From Eukaryota sp. GEM-RC1 (lineage: Eukaryota): a stretch of DNA of 64,000 nucleotides. The notes beneath the pieces are model-generated. The model saw only the letters and a list, made by a program, of their open reading frames with translations, had not been told where the DNA came from and did not search any database. The position numbers and the translations under genes were made by a program. Positions 12,297-23,945 of this stretch are shown here, in pieces (the stretch's first letter is position 1; each line of letters begins with the position of its first letter). The stretch is taken from positions 186,001 through 250,000 of the forward strand of contig JAUFOQ010000006.1 in assembly GCA_040285855.1 (NCBI GenBank). Reading direction: 5' to 3'.

Positions 12297-15103
12297 ATGC
12301 AAGGCCAGTCTTGTTCCATCTGCAACTGTGGATGGGCTACAGGGTCTGTAGTACCTTTCTGTATTCCCTGTGATCGTCATGTTTGTCTCAAAGAATGTTA
12401 TGATCATTGGAGATCTTCCCTAGCAATTCCTAGTAGTCTCGCTTCCTGCCCTACTTTGTCACCCAGTATTGCCTCCTCCCACTCCATTCATTTACCACAT
12501 TCTCTATTAGTCTTGGTCAATTCTCACTTATTAAACTATATATACAGGCCCTACATTGAAAGTCCCCAACCGTTTCGCTTCAACGGACATAACTTCAGCC
12601 AATTGTTTGCTAAACTGCCGTTCTTCTTTGAAAAAGTTGGTTACGTAAGTCAACGTTTCTTTGAATCGTCTTTGTCAGCAGTAAGAGTGTTTTTGAAAGA
12701 AACACGTTTGTTGTGGAGTGTAAACACCTTCCACTTGTTTATTCTTGTGGTACTTTGGTTGGTACTTATCCTCATTTTGTTTATTTAGACGTGAATCGTT
12801 CCCCACAGACACTTGTTATATCTAATATACTAATTGATACGACCATTGTCGCACACTTAAGAATATCAGATTTCAATGATCAATTTGATTTACTAACATT
12901 ACTTGACAAATCTTCTTCTCTTTTCCTGTCCCGTCTACAAGTACTTGAAATTAATAAGAGGCTAACTAGTGATGTTTTTTCTTATCTTTGTCAATATCTA
13001 GTCGTTAATACAACTGTTATTGATTTAAGAATTAACATAACTAATTGTTCTGCTATTGAAGCTGTGTCTTTAGCAGAAGTGTTTGGTTCCAATAATACGT
13101 TGAAAAAACTTTCTTTAGCTGATCGTTCCTCACTTGAAGAAGATCAATCTCATGTTTTGTTTAATGCAATTTCCAGCGCTTCAATAATTCAAGAAATTGA
13201 TTTATCACGTCTTAGTATTCATAATTCCAATGTTTTCATACTACTGTCAGAGAGCGCCAGTCTCAAAAGTATTGTGTTTCCGCTCAATTATCATATTGAT
13301 TCTTCTTTTTCTGATGGGCTTAAACTCAATTCAGTTCTTCAAGAAATTGTTATGCAAGGGTATAATTTGGATTTTGAAGGTGTCGTTGATACGTTGAAAT
13401 GTTATACTTGTTTAAAAAAACTTGTAATAAGAGGCTTCTCTGTATTTTCACCAATTTGTAAATTAATTGAAACAAATACTTCTCTCGTGGAACTAAAAGT
13501 CACCAGTATCACTCCCGAGTCATGCACATTGCGTACTCATGAAGAAGTTCAATCATTAGTGGACATGTTATATATGAATAGCAGTTTATTGGTCTTAAAT
13601 CTCGAGGGAATAACATTCAGTTCATCTCAAACTGAAACAATTATAAAAGGACTTGAAGAGAATTCAGTACTAACGAAAGTTGTTCTAGGTTTTAATACAT
13701 TGTATTTAAATTCTTTAATCATGATTTTTGATGGAATCGTCACTCAGAGATTGGTAACAAGTTTCCAAGTTGAGCCCCATTCTATTAAGGTTTTTTCTGG
13801 TTTGATTTGTTACGAAAAGGAACTTGAATATCAGGATTTGATTTCACTTTTGAAAGCGTTAAAATCAAATATTCCCATAGCACGTGTGGAATGTCGTGGA
13901 TTCAAAGTTATTAATATACAAGAACTTTGTCATTTATTTCAATGTAATTACGCCAACAATTCAGCCACTTTTGATATTCCTCCCCGTATTGTTGGCACTG
14001 TAAATGGTTCGTTTTGTTTTTTACCTGCAAGTATTACTGATATATGTGCTAGTCAAGTTTCATCTCTACAGTGTTTCTTGGAGTGCTTCCGTATCAAAGA
14101 GCTTACTCTTAAAAGGTGTAGGTTTAGTGATGATGCGATCACAAACTTGTGTGATTTAATTAAGGTTAATAATTCATTGACCTCTATTGACTTTAGTGAG
14201 TGCAACTTTCTTGATAACAATGTCATTCAAGCAATTCAATTGAATTCTTCCTTAAAGAAGATTAATCTTAGTTATAATCCATTTGGATTCACAAGTCTAT
14301 TGACCATTTTTGAACTCGTTTCAAGCAAGCAATTAACCTCAAATATTCAAATTGTTCCTCATTTCTTTGATTGTTCCCTTGGTTCTATACAAGATAAGAA
14401 CCGCATGAACAACTGTGATTTGATTTCACTCTTAAAAGCTTTGAAGTCGAATGTCCCTATTACACGTGTTGACACGTGTCTTGGATTGAGAAATCCAACT
14501 CTAGACGGAATTCTTGTTTTATTTGGCATTTTTTCCATTAACACGTCACTAATAGATCTTGATATATTCCCTCATTCTATTGACATTGGCAATGGCGTGT
14601 TTTCATTTGATTCATTGTCTCCTAAAATTACAGTAGAAGATATGTTGTTTTTATCATCTGCTTTACAGGTCTTTACTATTAAAGAACTTACTTTTAAAAG
14701 ATGTATGTTTACTACTGACGCCTTGAGTGTTTTGTGTGATATAATCAAGATTAATAGCTAAATAATTTTAATTGATTTTAGTAATTGTTCGTTGTGTGAT
14801 CAAGATGTATTGGTGTTACTAGACGTTTTCAAGTTTCTTCCATGTTTAAATAGAGTCAATTTTAGTTCTAACTCTATTACTGATTATGGAGCTAATCAAT
14901 TTGCTGAATTCTTAAAGGTTAATTCTTCCATTACTGAACTTGATTTATCTTGTAATCATATTGGTAATGAAGGTGCTAGAGTATTGTCTGAAGTATTTAA
15001 AATTAATTCCACAATTTCTACAATCTGTCTACGAAACAACTCTGTTCCTGAAAGAGAACGAAAATTAATTAAACGACTTCGAAGATTTTTTGTCTCCAGT
15101 TGA
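12297..15103 (+). CDS. Zn-finger (B-box-like) + F-box-like + LRR protein, with one frameshift and one in-frame TAA
   Basis: CSICNC...CIPCDRHVCLKECYDH; LPHSLLVLV...GYVSQRFFESS; RI-type LRRs. A missing T at ~12738 joins ORFs 12297 and 12713. ORF 14792-15103 is in frame beyond TAA 14759-14761. May be a pseudogene. Confidence 0.75.
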
Positions 15104-15653
15104 TTTTTTATTCTCCATCCTTGTTGATGTTTGTCTCTTCTGGAGTTAGCCAGTGTTTCTCCTGGAATTAGACACTTCTTGAAAGTGTAGTTGTCTTGAA
15201 CTGCAAAACGTATATTAATATCATTGTTGTGAAGAGTGTAGTTTTGATACAAAATCGCACTGAGTCATATTGGAATTTCTGATAGCTTTTTGAAATTTTC
15301 ATATCTTTCAGTTACTTAATAATTTTTGACCAGCAACAGTTCCAGCAACAGTGATAAAATGAAGTTTCTTAATTTTTACGGTAATTTTATTTGTTCTACA
15401 GACACAACTTTCAGGGAAGAGTTTGATGTACTAGCTATGGTAGTCATAATTGATGAGATTTGTGAACATCTTGTTTGATCAACAAATTATTTATTGGTTC
15501 ATGTTTTGCTTAGGCTTAGATGTTCATGATCGACTAGGGCACCTGGCTCCCCTTATTAAAGACATAATGCTTTAGTAGTCTGCGTAAAAACATTGTGAAA
15601 TTTTAAATTTGTGCTAAACAATTTGTCAGGTAAATGTAAAATTCCGCAATGTC

Positions 15654-17035
15654 TTAGAAAATAAACAACTTAAATTCGAAAATAAATAATTTTTTACAAA
15701 TCTTTTTGCCAAAGTGACACAAATATACATCAACTAAATCAATATACTTCATACCACACAAATGAACTCTACTGGCTACCTTCCCAATACGTGGCTTAGG
15801 CTTCAAGACATTCTGATACGTCCAATACTGCTGAAAAAGTTCTGGTTCATCAATCAAATGTCTAAGTGCCAATTGCATTTGATTTCCAGAGAGATTCTTA
15901 ACTCTAAAGAAAGAACTTGCCCTATACTCTAAACTCCACACATCAAGTTGTTTCTCATTAGACAATGTTAAATTCATCCAATACTGTTCGTAGTCCAGGA
16001 GTTCTCCACTCTCTTTATCATAAGAGTACAACCTAACCCCAGGATTATTACCAAAATAGCCAATCTTACCAACATCGTGAGCTTCTACTAGAATGGCAGG
16101 GGAAACAAGCACGGGGAAGCTGCTCCCTTCTTGATTGACCACGAGTCTAAACGAATCAGAATGTTCATGCCCAGCTAAATAAGCTTGAATAATGTCAGCA
16201 TTATCTCTAACTAGATGCATTAATCGATCGTGATGCTTGGGCCACATTCCAGTTATATAGGGATCATTGGGATTAACACCAATAGGAACGTGAGTCGCAA
16301 TCACAATCTTGACATCACGTTGTCTGTAATCAACCAACGCTTTCTCTAGGTAATCAAACTGATTGAGAGGATCATCAATTTCGCCAGCTTTCTTATCAAA
16401 GAAGAAGTACGGATTGGTATTCAACATCAACAAACAAAACTTTTCTGATGGGCAAATCTCAAAGTATCCGCCTTTTAAAAAGGTTTTATCCTGGGATATG
16501 GGAATGTGACTTCTGAAAATCTCCAATGTTCTTCTGTAGATAGAAGACCTGTCCTCACACCATTGATGTGCATTTGGTTCTACATCGTGGTTCTGAGGTA
16601 AAAAGAGAAAGAAAAACAGACTCCAAAGACAGGTACGAAGTGAGTAGAAGGAAAGTAAGCGGAAACTAGCTTGGTAAAGTTCCTGGTAGCATCTATAAGG
16701 GTGTCTTCGTCGTGCACAACATACTTCATGACTTTTAAATGAGGCATGATGTCACCAGTGTATAGAAGGAAATCAGGATCGGGTAAACGAGATTGCATGA
16801 ACTTCAGAGCAGAGGATGTCAGGATGTCAGGTGTTCCACAATGGAAGTCACCGTAGGAACCAGCATCTCCTGTACCTGCTTGACATCCTTTAGTTGGATC
16901 GGATCCTGCTTTGTAGAACCATTGAGAGTGTATGTCAGTTATGTGCCAGAAATAGCCAATTTTTGCAGCGAAACTCTGTAGAAGGAGCAGAGATAAGAGG
17001 AATGCCACTGTAGCAAATGTGGAAAGGCCAGACAT
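15654..17035 (-). CDS. Secreted acid-sphingomyelinase-like (SMPDL3-type) metallophosphoesterase
   Basis: Signal peptide and motifs WHITDIH, YGDFHC, TGDIMPH, G|NHD (split by 29-nt intron 16593-16621), HVPIG, AGHEHSDSF, NNPGVRLY. Confidence 0.92.
16593..16621 (-). other. 29-nt spliceosomal intron
   Basis: GTCTG...CAG; removal restores the conserved GNHD motif and joins the two ORFs in frame. Confidence 0.92.
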
Positions 17036-17233
17036 TTCTACGGAAGTTGAAGTATGATAGGAACTGAAGAATCCCAATTGAAAACTTCACTTTCCGATGG
17101 CCTTTAACCATTGCTTTCACTTCCAGAAAGGGCGAGTTTACACCCGTTTATAAAACCTCATACAATGTATGTATATCTATATCTGGTTATCAGAAAATGT
17201 ACATGTACAACAATGTATTAAAAACTACAATAA

Positions 17234-18685
17234 CTAACAGAATAAAAGGCAATAAGAGTATACATGGCACCACAAAATAAAACACAAACACATTAAGAAA
17301 TAACCCACAACAATCTGCGATGGTTCCCATTTGCCCCCTAATATTTCAATAATAGTATTATTTAAACCACTTCCAAAATAAGGACGCAGATCATCAGTCA
17401 ACACTCGCTCTTCCAAAGCGACCTCCATTTGATTAGAGGTATCTAAGTTACGAACAATCATCACATCGTCAATAAGATCAACGACAATCTCAAGAACGTG
17501 ATTATCCTGCCATAACAAAGAATGGTGGTCATCTGGATCTCCTGGCCCCCGATTAAAAACATTTCTTCCAAGACAACAAAAATCATGATATTTTGCCGAT
17601 TTTTCTCTTTTCATTAATTGTTCAAATCTAGAAGTTGAAACTATACCGGCCATGATTGACCGGCGACCCTGGCAATTGTTGTTGTATCGAATTTTCCACT
17701 TGTAAGCATTTCCACGCTTCAAGGTTTGGTCTCCAATGGCAAATTGCCAAGTACTTCGAGTTTTGTGGAAAATTGCCGATCTATTATTTAAAATTTCCAA
17801 ATCGGAAGTTCTGTGGTTGGCTTCAGTAGAGAATTTGAAATTCAATGGAATTTGAGAATGTACAGGCATTTTTTCTAAAATGTATGATAAATTTGGAATA
17901 ATTGGAAGAATCTCGGCATTCAGTAAAGATCCAGCAGTTAGTAAGGAAAAATTAGACTGTAAAAGCAAAGAAACATAGTTTGAATTATCAATTCTTGGAA
18001 GAATAAGAAGACTGGTCCAAAGAAATTCTGTCAAAATTGGAAATTTGGAATGAAGAAGATTTAAAATATCAATAAAATCCAAACGATCATCATCATCATC
18101 AACATCTATATCATCAATTAACTTGACAAAACACTCCACGGTCCATTTCAAAGACCCAGGTGACTTAGAGTACTTAATTAAATGCTCAACAGTCGTCAGA
18201 GAGAAGTACACGGGGTCTTCATTGGGAAGATCAATTACTGAGTCAATAGAACGAGCGGCAAACTCAAGGGCCAGCTCATATCCTTGGCCATCTCCATGTT
18301 TGTCAGCAGACTTCATAAAGGAAATCCACCACTCAAACAAGGAAAAATGGCTGGGAAGAGTAGCAACCAGAGTGGAATCCAAATAAGTGCACTGGAGATA
18401 GGTCGCAAGGAAGAAGAAATCAAAGCATGTGTTGGGTTTGAGGTAGATCGGTTTATTGTCGAACGAAGAAATAAAGTCAGACAGAGAATCGACGCTGACG
18501 TCAAGATCAGAGAGATCAAGTGGTGCTGGGGAATCCCAATCATGGAAGTACTTTGAGTTTAGAGAGAGTACAGCTTTATTGACTGAGATAACTTCCTCAT
18601 TGAAGACTATAATTTGATCATGACCTGATGGTATTTTTTGGAGCCTTTCCTTTGTATCAGGTGAAACGACAGTTAAAAAGTCCAT
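17234..18685 (-). CDS. BTB + SPRY/B30.2-like protein with C-terminal hydrophobic tail
   Basis: VNKAVLSLNSKYF (BTB); WQFAIGD...YKWKIRY...IMAGIV...LRPYF (SPRY-like beta-sandwich pattern); terminal IVVGYFLMCLCFILW. Confidence 0.7.
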   Translation of the reverse strand: MDFLTVVSPDTKERLQKIPSGHDQIIVFNEEVISVNKAVLSLNSKYFHDWDSPAPLDLSDLDVSVDSLSDFISSFDNKPIYLKPNTCFDFFFLATYLQCTYLDSTLVATLPSHFSLFEWWISFMKSADKHGDGQGYELALEFAARSIDSVIDLPNEDPVYFSLTTVEHLIKYSKSPGSLKWTVECFVKLIDDIDVDDDDDRLDFIDILNLLHSKFPILTEFLWTSLLILPRIDNSNYVSLLLQSNFSLLTAGSLLNAEILPIIPNLSYILEKMPVHSQIPLNFKFSTEANHRTSDLEILNNRSAIFHKTRSTWQFAIGDQTLKRGNAYKWKIRYNNNCQGRRSIMAGIVSTSRFEQLMKREKSAKYHDFCCLGRNVFNRGPGDPDDHHSLLWQDNHVLEIVVDLIDDVMIVRNLDTSNQMEVALEERVLTDDLRPYFGSGLNNTIIEILGGKWEPSQIVVGYFLMCLCFILWCHVYSYCLLFC

Positions 18686-18750
18686 TTATGCATGGTAGTC
18701 CAATTAAGTGGAAAGTTTAGATCCAACAAACAGTCCTCTTTTTCAGCTTA

Positions 18751-21700
18751 ATGTCAAACTTCCAGGGAGCACAGTTCCCTGCATATGTCTTAGAGTTATT
18801 GGCGTCTTTGAGATCTTCATCTTATCATGTCGACCAAATGGTTGATTTTCCAGCGGAAGACCTCTTCTTAGAATACAAAAGCTATTTGAATTTTGATCCT
18901 CGCAAGATTTGCGACGATTTCGTCCGATATACCGTTGCTTTCCTCAATGGTAGTGGGGGTGTTCTCATTGGAGGAGTTAATGAGAACACTCATGAAAGGA
19001 CAGACTCTATCTGCCTTTCAGGAATGCCTCTTCCTCCAGGACAAAAGGATCTTCTTAAAAACAAAATGTTTCTTCTCCTTGGGGAAATCTCCCCCGTCAG
19101 ACTGGTTCTAGACAGGGACATTCTTGTAGAGTTCGTTCCTCTTTCTCCTAACCAAACCCCTGCTGACTCAGACTCAGATGACGAATATCATTCTCTCTTC
19201 CTCTTTTCGTTACGTAATGGTGTTACAGGTAGGCCTACGCAGACCTCCCAACTGCTATGCCTACCATCACAACATCATTTATGAACGAAATGGCAGCACC
19301 GTGACCACGAAGTCTTACGGTGACTTCTTGAGAATTCAATCAACTGATTGTGATTATCACGTCATTAAAGAAGGTGACGTGCAGGGGAATTGATTATGGG
19401 CGTTACCTTAAAGAACGCCCATTTAAAGCAATTGATGGAACTAAGGAATCTCCGTATAGTCTGCCTATTCATTCAAAGGCTTTAGAAATATTAGATGCAA
19501 TCAAACGTAATCGTGTTACGATTCTGAGTGCTGAAACTGGTTCAGGAAAGTCTACACAGTTTGTTTTTTTTGAAATATATTTTTACTTTAGATTACCCAA
19601 GATTTTACTTGATGACGCTGCTAAGAATGGTTTCCCCTTGCCTTACATTTACGTATCTCAACAACGGAGAGTTCCCTGTTTTACGATTGCAAAACGTGTT
19701 TCTGACGAGTACGGCTTGCCTTTTCCAGGATTGATTGGCTATCACATTGGAGGTGATAAATCAGACACACCTGAAACACGTGTCAGATACGTCACCAATG
19801 GGTTAATGTTGGGACTGTTAAAGATCAAATTGAGTGATGAAGGCACTACCCCATGAATATTTTAATATTTGATGAAATTCACAATCGTGATGTTGAAGGT
19901 GACATTTGCTTAACTCTCTGTAAGTTTCTTCTTCGCAAAGACCCTTCAGTAAGAATCGTTCTAATGTCAGCTACAATTCCAAGTGATTACTTCGAGTCTT
20001 TATTCAATGAATCAATTTTGAGTGATGTGAGCCCTAGTCCAACAGTGTTTAATTCCGAAAGTTTTGAAATTTTAAATTATTACTCATCTGTTCCTTTTAA
20101 AATTTCTACTCGCATTTCAATTCCTGGAAGACGATACCCTATTCACCGCTACTTTTATGATGAACTTCCATGTAAAAAGCCAGTCAAATTTGCTGATGTG
20201 ACTTGTGTTGGAGAGCAAGCACGATTACCTAATGAGTGTATAGATACCATCCCTGATATTGTTGAAAGTCTTGTAGTTGGAAATTACTTGAAAGCCAAGC
20301 TAACGTCAGCTAACAATCCACGTGGAGTCAAGGGAATTCTGGTCTTTCTTTCTGGTCTTAGTCATTTACTTGATGTTAAGGACGCTTTAGAGCAAAGTTC
20401 TTGTTCCCATCGCCTTACTGTTCTTCTCTTTCACTCATCTCTTCCTTCAGATGAGAACGAAAGAGCTTTACAACCACTCAGTAAGAGAGGTAGAAAGAAC
20501 AAGAAAGTCAAGGTGATTCTGGCTACTAATATTGCTGAGTCAGCACTTACAATCCCCTGACGTTAATGTTGTTATTGATTCATGTACCCAGAAAGAAATC
20601 TGGTACGTTCCTAGCACAAAATTAGACACTTTAATAGAAACCTATGCTTCTCACCAACTACTTGCTCAAAGAGAAGGTCGTATAGGCAGGTCTGGACCGG
20701 GAGTCTCAATCAAGTTGATTTCACAGTCGTTTTACAACAAACTACCTAAAGAGAGCACACCAATGACACGTAGGTGCTCCCTCACCTCCCTACTTCTCCA
20801 CTCGTTGAATGTCTCCCAGATCTCCCCCAGTGAGCTCCTAGCAACCCTTCCCTCTCCTCCTGATCTTCAAAAGCTAGACATGGCTTACAAAGAACTTCAA
20901 AGAGAAGGGGTGATCAAGAAGGAAGCGGATAAGTTTGTTCTAACTCCTTTTGGCGCTCTCCTGTTGCGTGTTCCTTTGTCATTCCCTGCTGCCAAGCTAG
21001 CATTCTATTCCTGTGTCCTTGGACTCAACGAATACGGTATCATTGCTGCTTGTATTTGTGATCGAAAATCTCCCATCAAAACTCCTCCCACTAACCCCGG
21101 TTTGGCTTATAAGTCTTTGTTGAAGTTTTCTGGAGGAACTAGGAGTGATGTAGTGGCTGGGGTTAATGCTTATTTGTTTTGGATTAGAAATCGCGGGTTT
21201 ATCACTGAAAATATATCTGATCCTGCAGATTTCCTAGGTGAAGAGCCCTACTTTTTATCTTTGTTTTGGTTGTATGAGCTTCATGATACTGTCCTTCAGG
21301 TCAGACAGGAGCTCTCGAACATGGCTTTAGTCCAACAGCCACGAAGGACAGAGTATAATAGACATCGAGTGGAGAATTTCGTTACGCAAGGGGAAGAAGA
21401 CGATGAAGAAGTAGAAGATTATGAAGATGTTGATGAACAAATTGACTTTATGTCATTAAACTTGGGTTCTACCAGTAGTTCTACCTTCATTGAAACTCAC
21501 GATCTTCCTAGATGTCCTTTGTTAGCCTCTCTTCAAAGCTTAATGGGAATGTCAGAGGTTTCCATTGATGATGTACCACAGAATTATCATAACAATGACT
21601 TAACTGTCGTTGATGTTACAAGTCAGACCAATCGAGCAAAATTTCAAAATTTCGATTTTTTCCACGAGTTAGATTTTTCTGACTCTTCACCTATTTTTGA

Positions 21701-22843
21701 TCTGCCGTATCTCTCTATCAACGCCACCACTGTCGATTTATCAATAATGTTACAAATGCTTCTTGTAGCTGTTTATCCCTCTAATCTTCTTTCTTCCCAT
21801 CCCTCAAGGCCACGAGGATATCAGAGCTCTAGAATAATAGAGACAGTAATTGCTAGATCTGGTAAGTCAGATTTATCACCCAGAAACTCCATTGTTGTGA
21901 GCAATACCGCTTGTCGCAGTGATGAATTTCTAAATTTGTTACAAATGTTTGATCATCAACTAGCTAAGTCGTGTGATATCTTTGTTTCACCTCATCGCGC
22001 TGGTGTTGACACTGTCATTTCTGAAAAATTCCCCTCCCCAGCATCTAATTCTTACACTAACTTTGATCCGCCTTTTCATCTTTCACCAATGATTAACTTT
22101 CTAACAAATGTTAGGTTTGCTAAGTCTTCGCAAAGGATAGCATCGTACCTCAGGGAAAACACGTCAACTTGCATCAATTTGGATGTTCTGATGTTAGTAG
22201 TGTGTTTAACTTCCCACACACAATTATTGTTTCAAATTTGTCACTAGCAAGAGCTCCACTTCGAATCATGTCAGCTCAAAATCCATTAATAATTTCACCA
22301 AATTTTCAATTGGTTCAAAACCAAAGTTTAAAAAACTCTGCTTTTTTCCGATTGGCAACGGCACTTCCCTATTTTCCAAACTTATTTGAAAAATTATCAT
22401 TAATTTTTCTTCCTATTCCTGATTACCAGGATCACTTTGTCAACCCACCTGCTTCTTCAACTTTACATCTAACAGTGGCTACTGACAATTACACCAAGAG
22501 TTTATCTTTAAAAATGACCGAAGCTCGTAGAAATGTGATGGTGAAAGCAAGAAAACGTTGGAATGACTTAATTGAACATACGCTTGAGTATTGTTTATTT
22601 GGTCGTCAAGATGTACAAGCACAAAACATTTATAAAGTATTAAGGAAAAGAGAACGTACTTTGGTAAATATTTCCAAGAAATTTAAAGGCTATTTAGATG
22701 TTAGAAAATATTTTGTTTCCATTTTGGATGCTGAAGATTTGTTTGTTTCCAGTACTCAATCATCTTCTTTAGCTGTCAGTGGTACAAATGCATCTTTTAA
22801 TTCTGATTCAATCGAACAACTTTTAAGAGGGTTTACATTTTAA
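18751..22843 (+). CDS. Schlafen/AlbA_2 domain fused to a DEAH/RHA RNA helicase (Spindle-E/TDRD9-like); frameshifted in the assembly
   Basis: AlbA_2 motifs EDLFLEYKS, VAFLNGSGGVLIGGVNE, YVMVLQV, IYERNGST. Helicase motifs AETGSGKSTQ, QQRR, DEIHNR, MSAT, ILVFLSGL, HSSL, ATNIAESALTIPDV, QREGRIGR, then an HA2 region. 33-nt intron 19559-19591; 1-2-nt shifts near 19195, 19385, 19850, 20555 and ~22150. Confidence 0.85.
19559..19591 (+). other. 33-nt in-frame intron
   Basis: GTTTG...TTTAG, T-rich; removal gives the canonical GKSTQLPK. Confidence 0.85.
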
Positions 22844-22850
22844 ATTTTGT

Positions 22851-23834
22851 TCAATTTTTCGTTTTCACTGAAACTCTTTCTCCAAATAATTGAATCATTA
22901 ATTCTTTTGTTTCATCATCAATAAAGTTGTCACACAAATTTAAATGAATTAGGGAAGTATTGATAGTAAGTGCATCAATCAAATAAGTAACACCTTCAGA
23001 CGTAATTGAATTATGATGTAAATTCAGATATTCTATAGTGTTATTGATTTTTAATACAAAAGCGATTGCTTTGACACCTTCATCATCAATGCTGTTTCCC
23101 CATAAGTCAACAGAAGTTAATGAGCGATTAACTCGCAACGCATCTGAAACAAACTTTACACCTTTTGATCTGATATTGTTTCCCCATAAGTCAACAGAAG
23201 TCAAAGAGCGATTGACCTTCAAAGCATCTGAGATCAACATGGCCCCCTTTGATCTAATATTGTTACTGCCAAGGTGAAGAGATCGTAGAGTGTAATTCGA
23301 CTTTAGAGCATCTGACAAGAGTTTTGGTCCCTCATCATTAAGAAACTCAATAGAAAGATGTTTGAGTGATCCACAGAAAATACGTGATGAAGGTCGCAGG
23401 AAATCAAAATCTGTTGGTCGTAAAACACAAATAGCGTGGATAGCATTCAAAGTAAAAGGGACGATGTTTAATTCTAACGTATCGAAGGCCCGCACGTCAG
23501 AGTAAAAATAGACAAAATTTAAATGTGTTTTGAAATATTCACAAAATGAGTTAAATTCATACGGACAGAGTGAATTAATCGAAATCATTCGGTTTGAAAC
23601 AAAGAGTCTTGTTGCTTCAAATGCTCGGTGAAAGAATCGGTTACTGGCAAAACCAGCTTGGGTATATAAGCGAGAGACGGAGTTAAGAGTAACTGTTGCA
23701 TTGACGGTCTTGCGCCCCAATTTGAGAGAATGATTTGAAGCAAAACAGTCGAGTAAGCGTGAAAAGATCAGAACCAGAACACTGTCTGGCAGCGCAATGG
23801 GGGAAATCACGCTATCAGTTGAGGTAACAGTCAT
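22851..23834 (-). CDS. F-box-like + RI-type LRR protein
   Basis: LPDSVLVLIFSRLL (F-box-like start), GFASNRFF, and five 28-aa LRRs. Confidence 0.85.
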   Translation of the reverse strand: MTVTSTDSVISPIALPDSVLVLIFSRLLDCFASNHSLKLGRKTVNATVTLNSVSRLYTQAGFASNRFFHRAFEATRLFVSNRMISINSLCPYEFNSFCEYFKTHLNFVYFYSDVRAFDTLELNIVPFTLNAIHAICVLRPTDFDFLRPSSRIFCGSLKHLSIEFLNDEGPKLLSDALKSNYTLRSLHLGSNNIRSKGAMLISDALKVNRSLTSVDLWGNNIRSKGVKFVSDALRVNRSLTSVDLWGNSIDDEGVKAIAFVLKINNTIEYLNLHHNSITSEGVTYLIDALTINTSLIHLNLCDNFIDDETKELMIQLFGERVSVKTKN

Positions 23835-23945
23835 TGAAAACGATAAAAGGATTGAACAAGAAGAATCGATTTACACTAACTCTCAATTCGATTCTTGCGA
23901 AGAGATCTTCTTTCACATGTCAACAGTTCTTACAACAAAAAGTTA

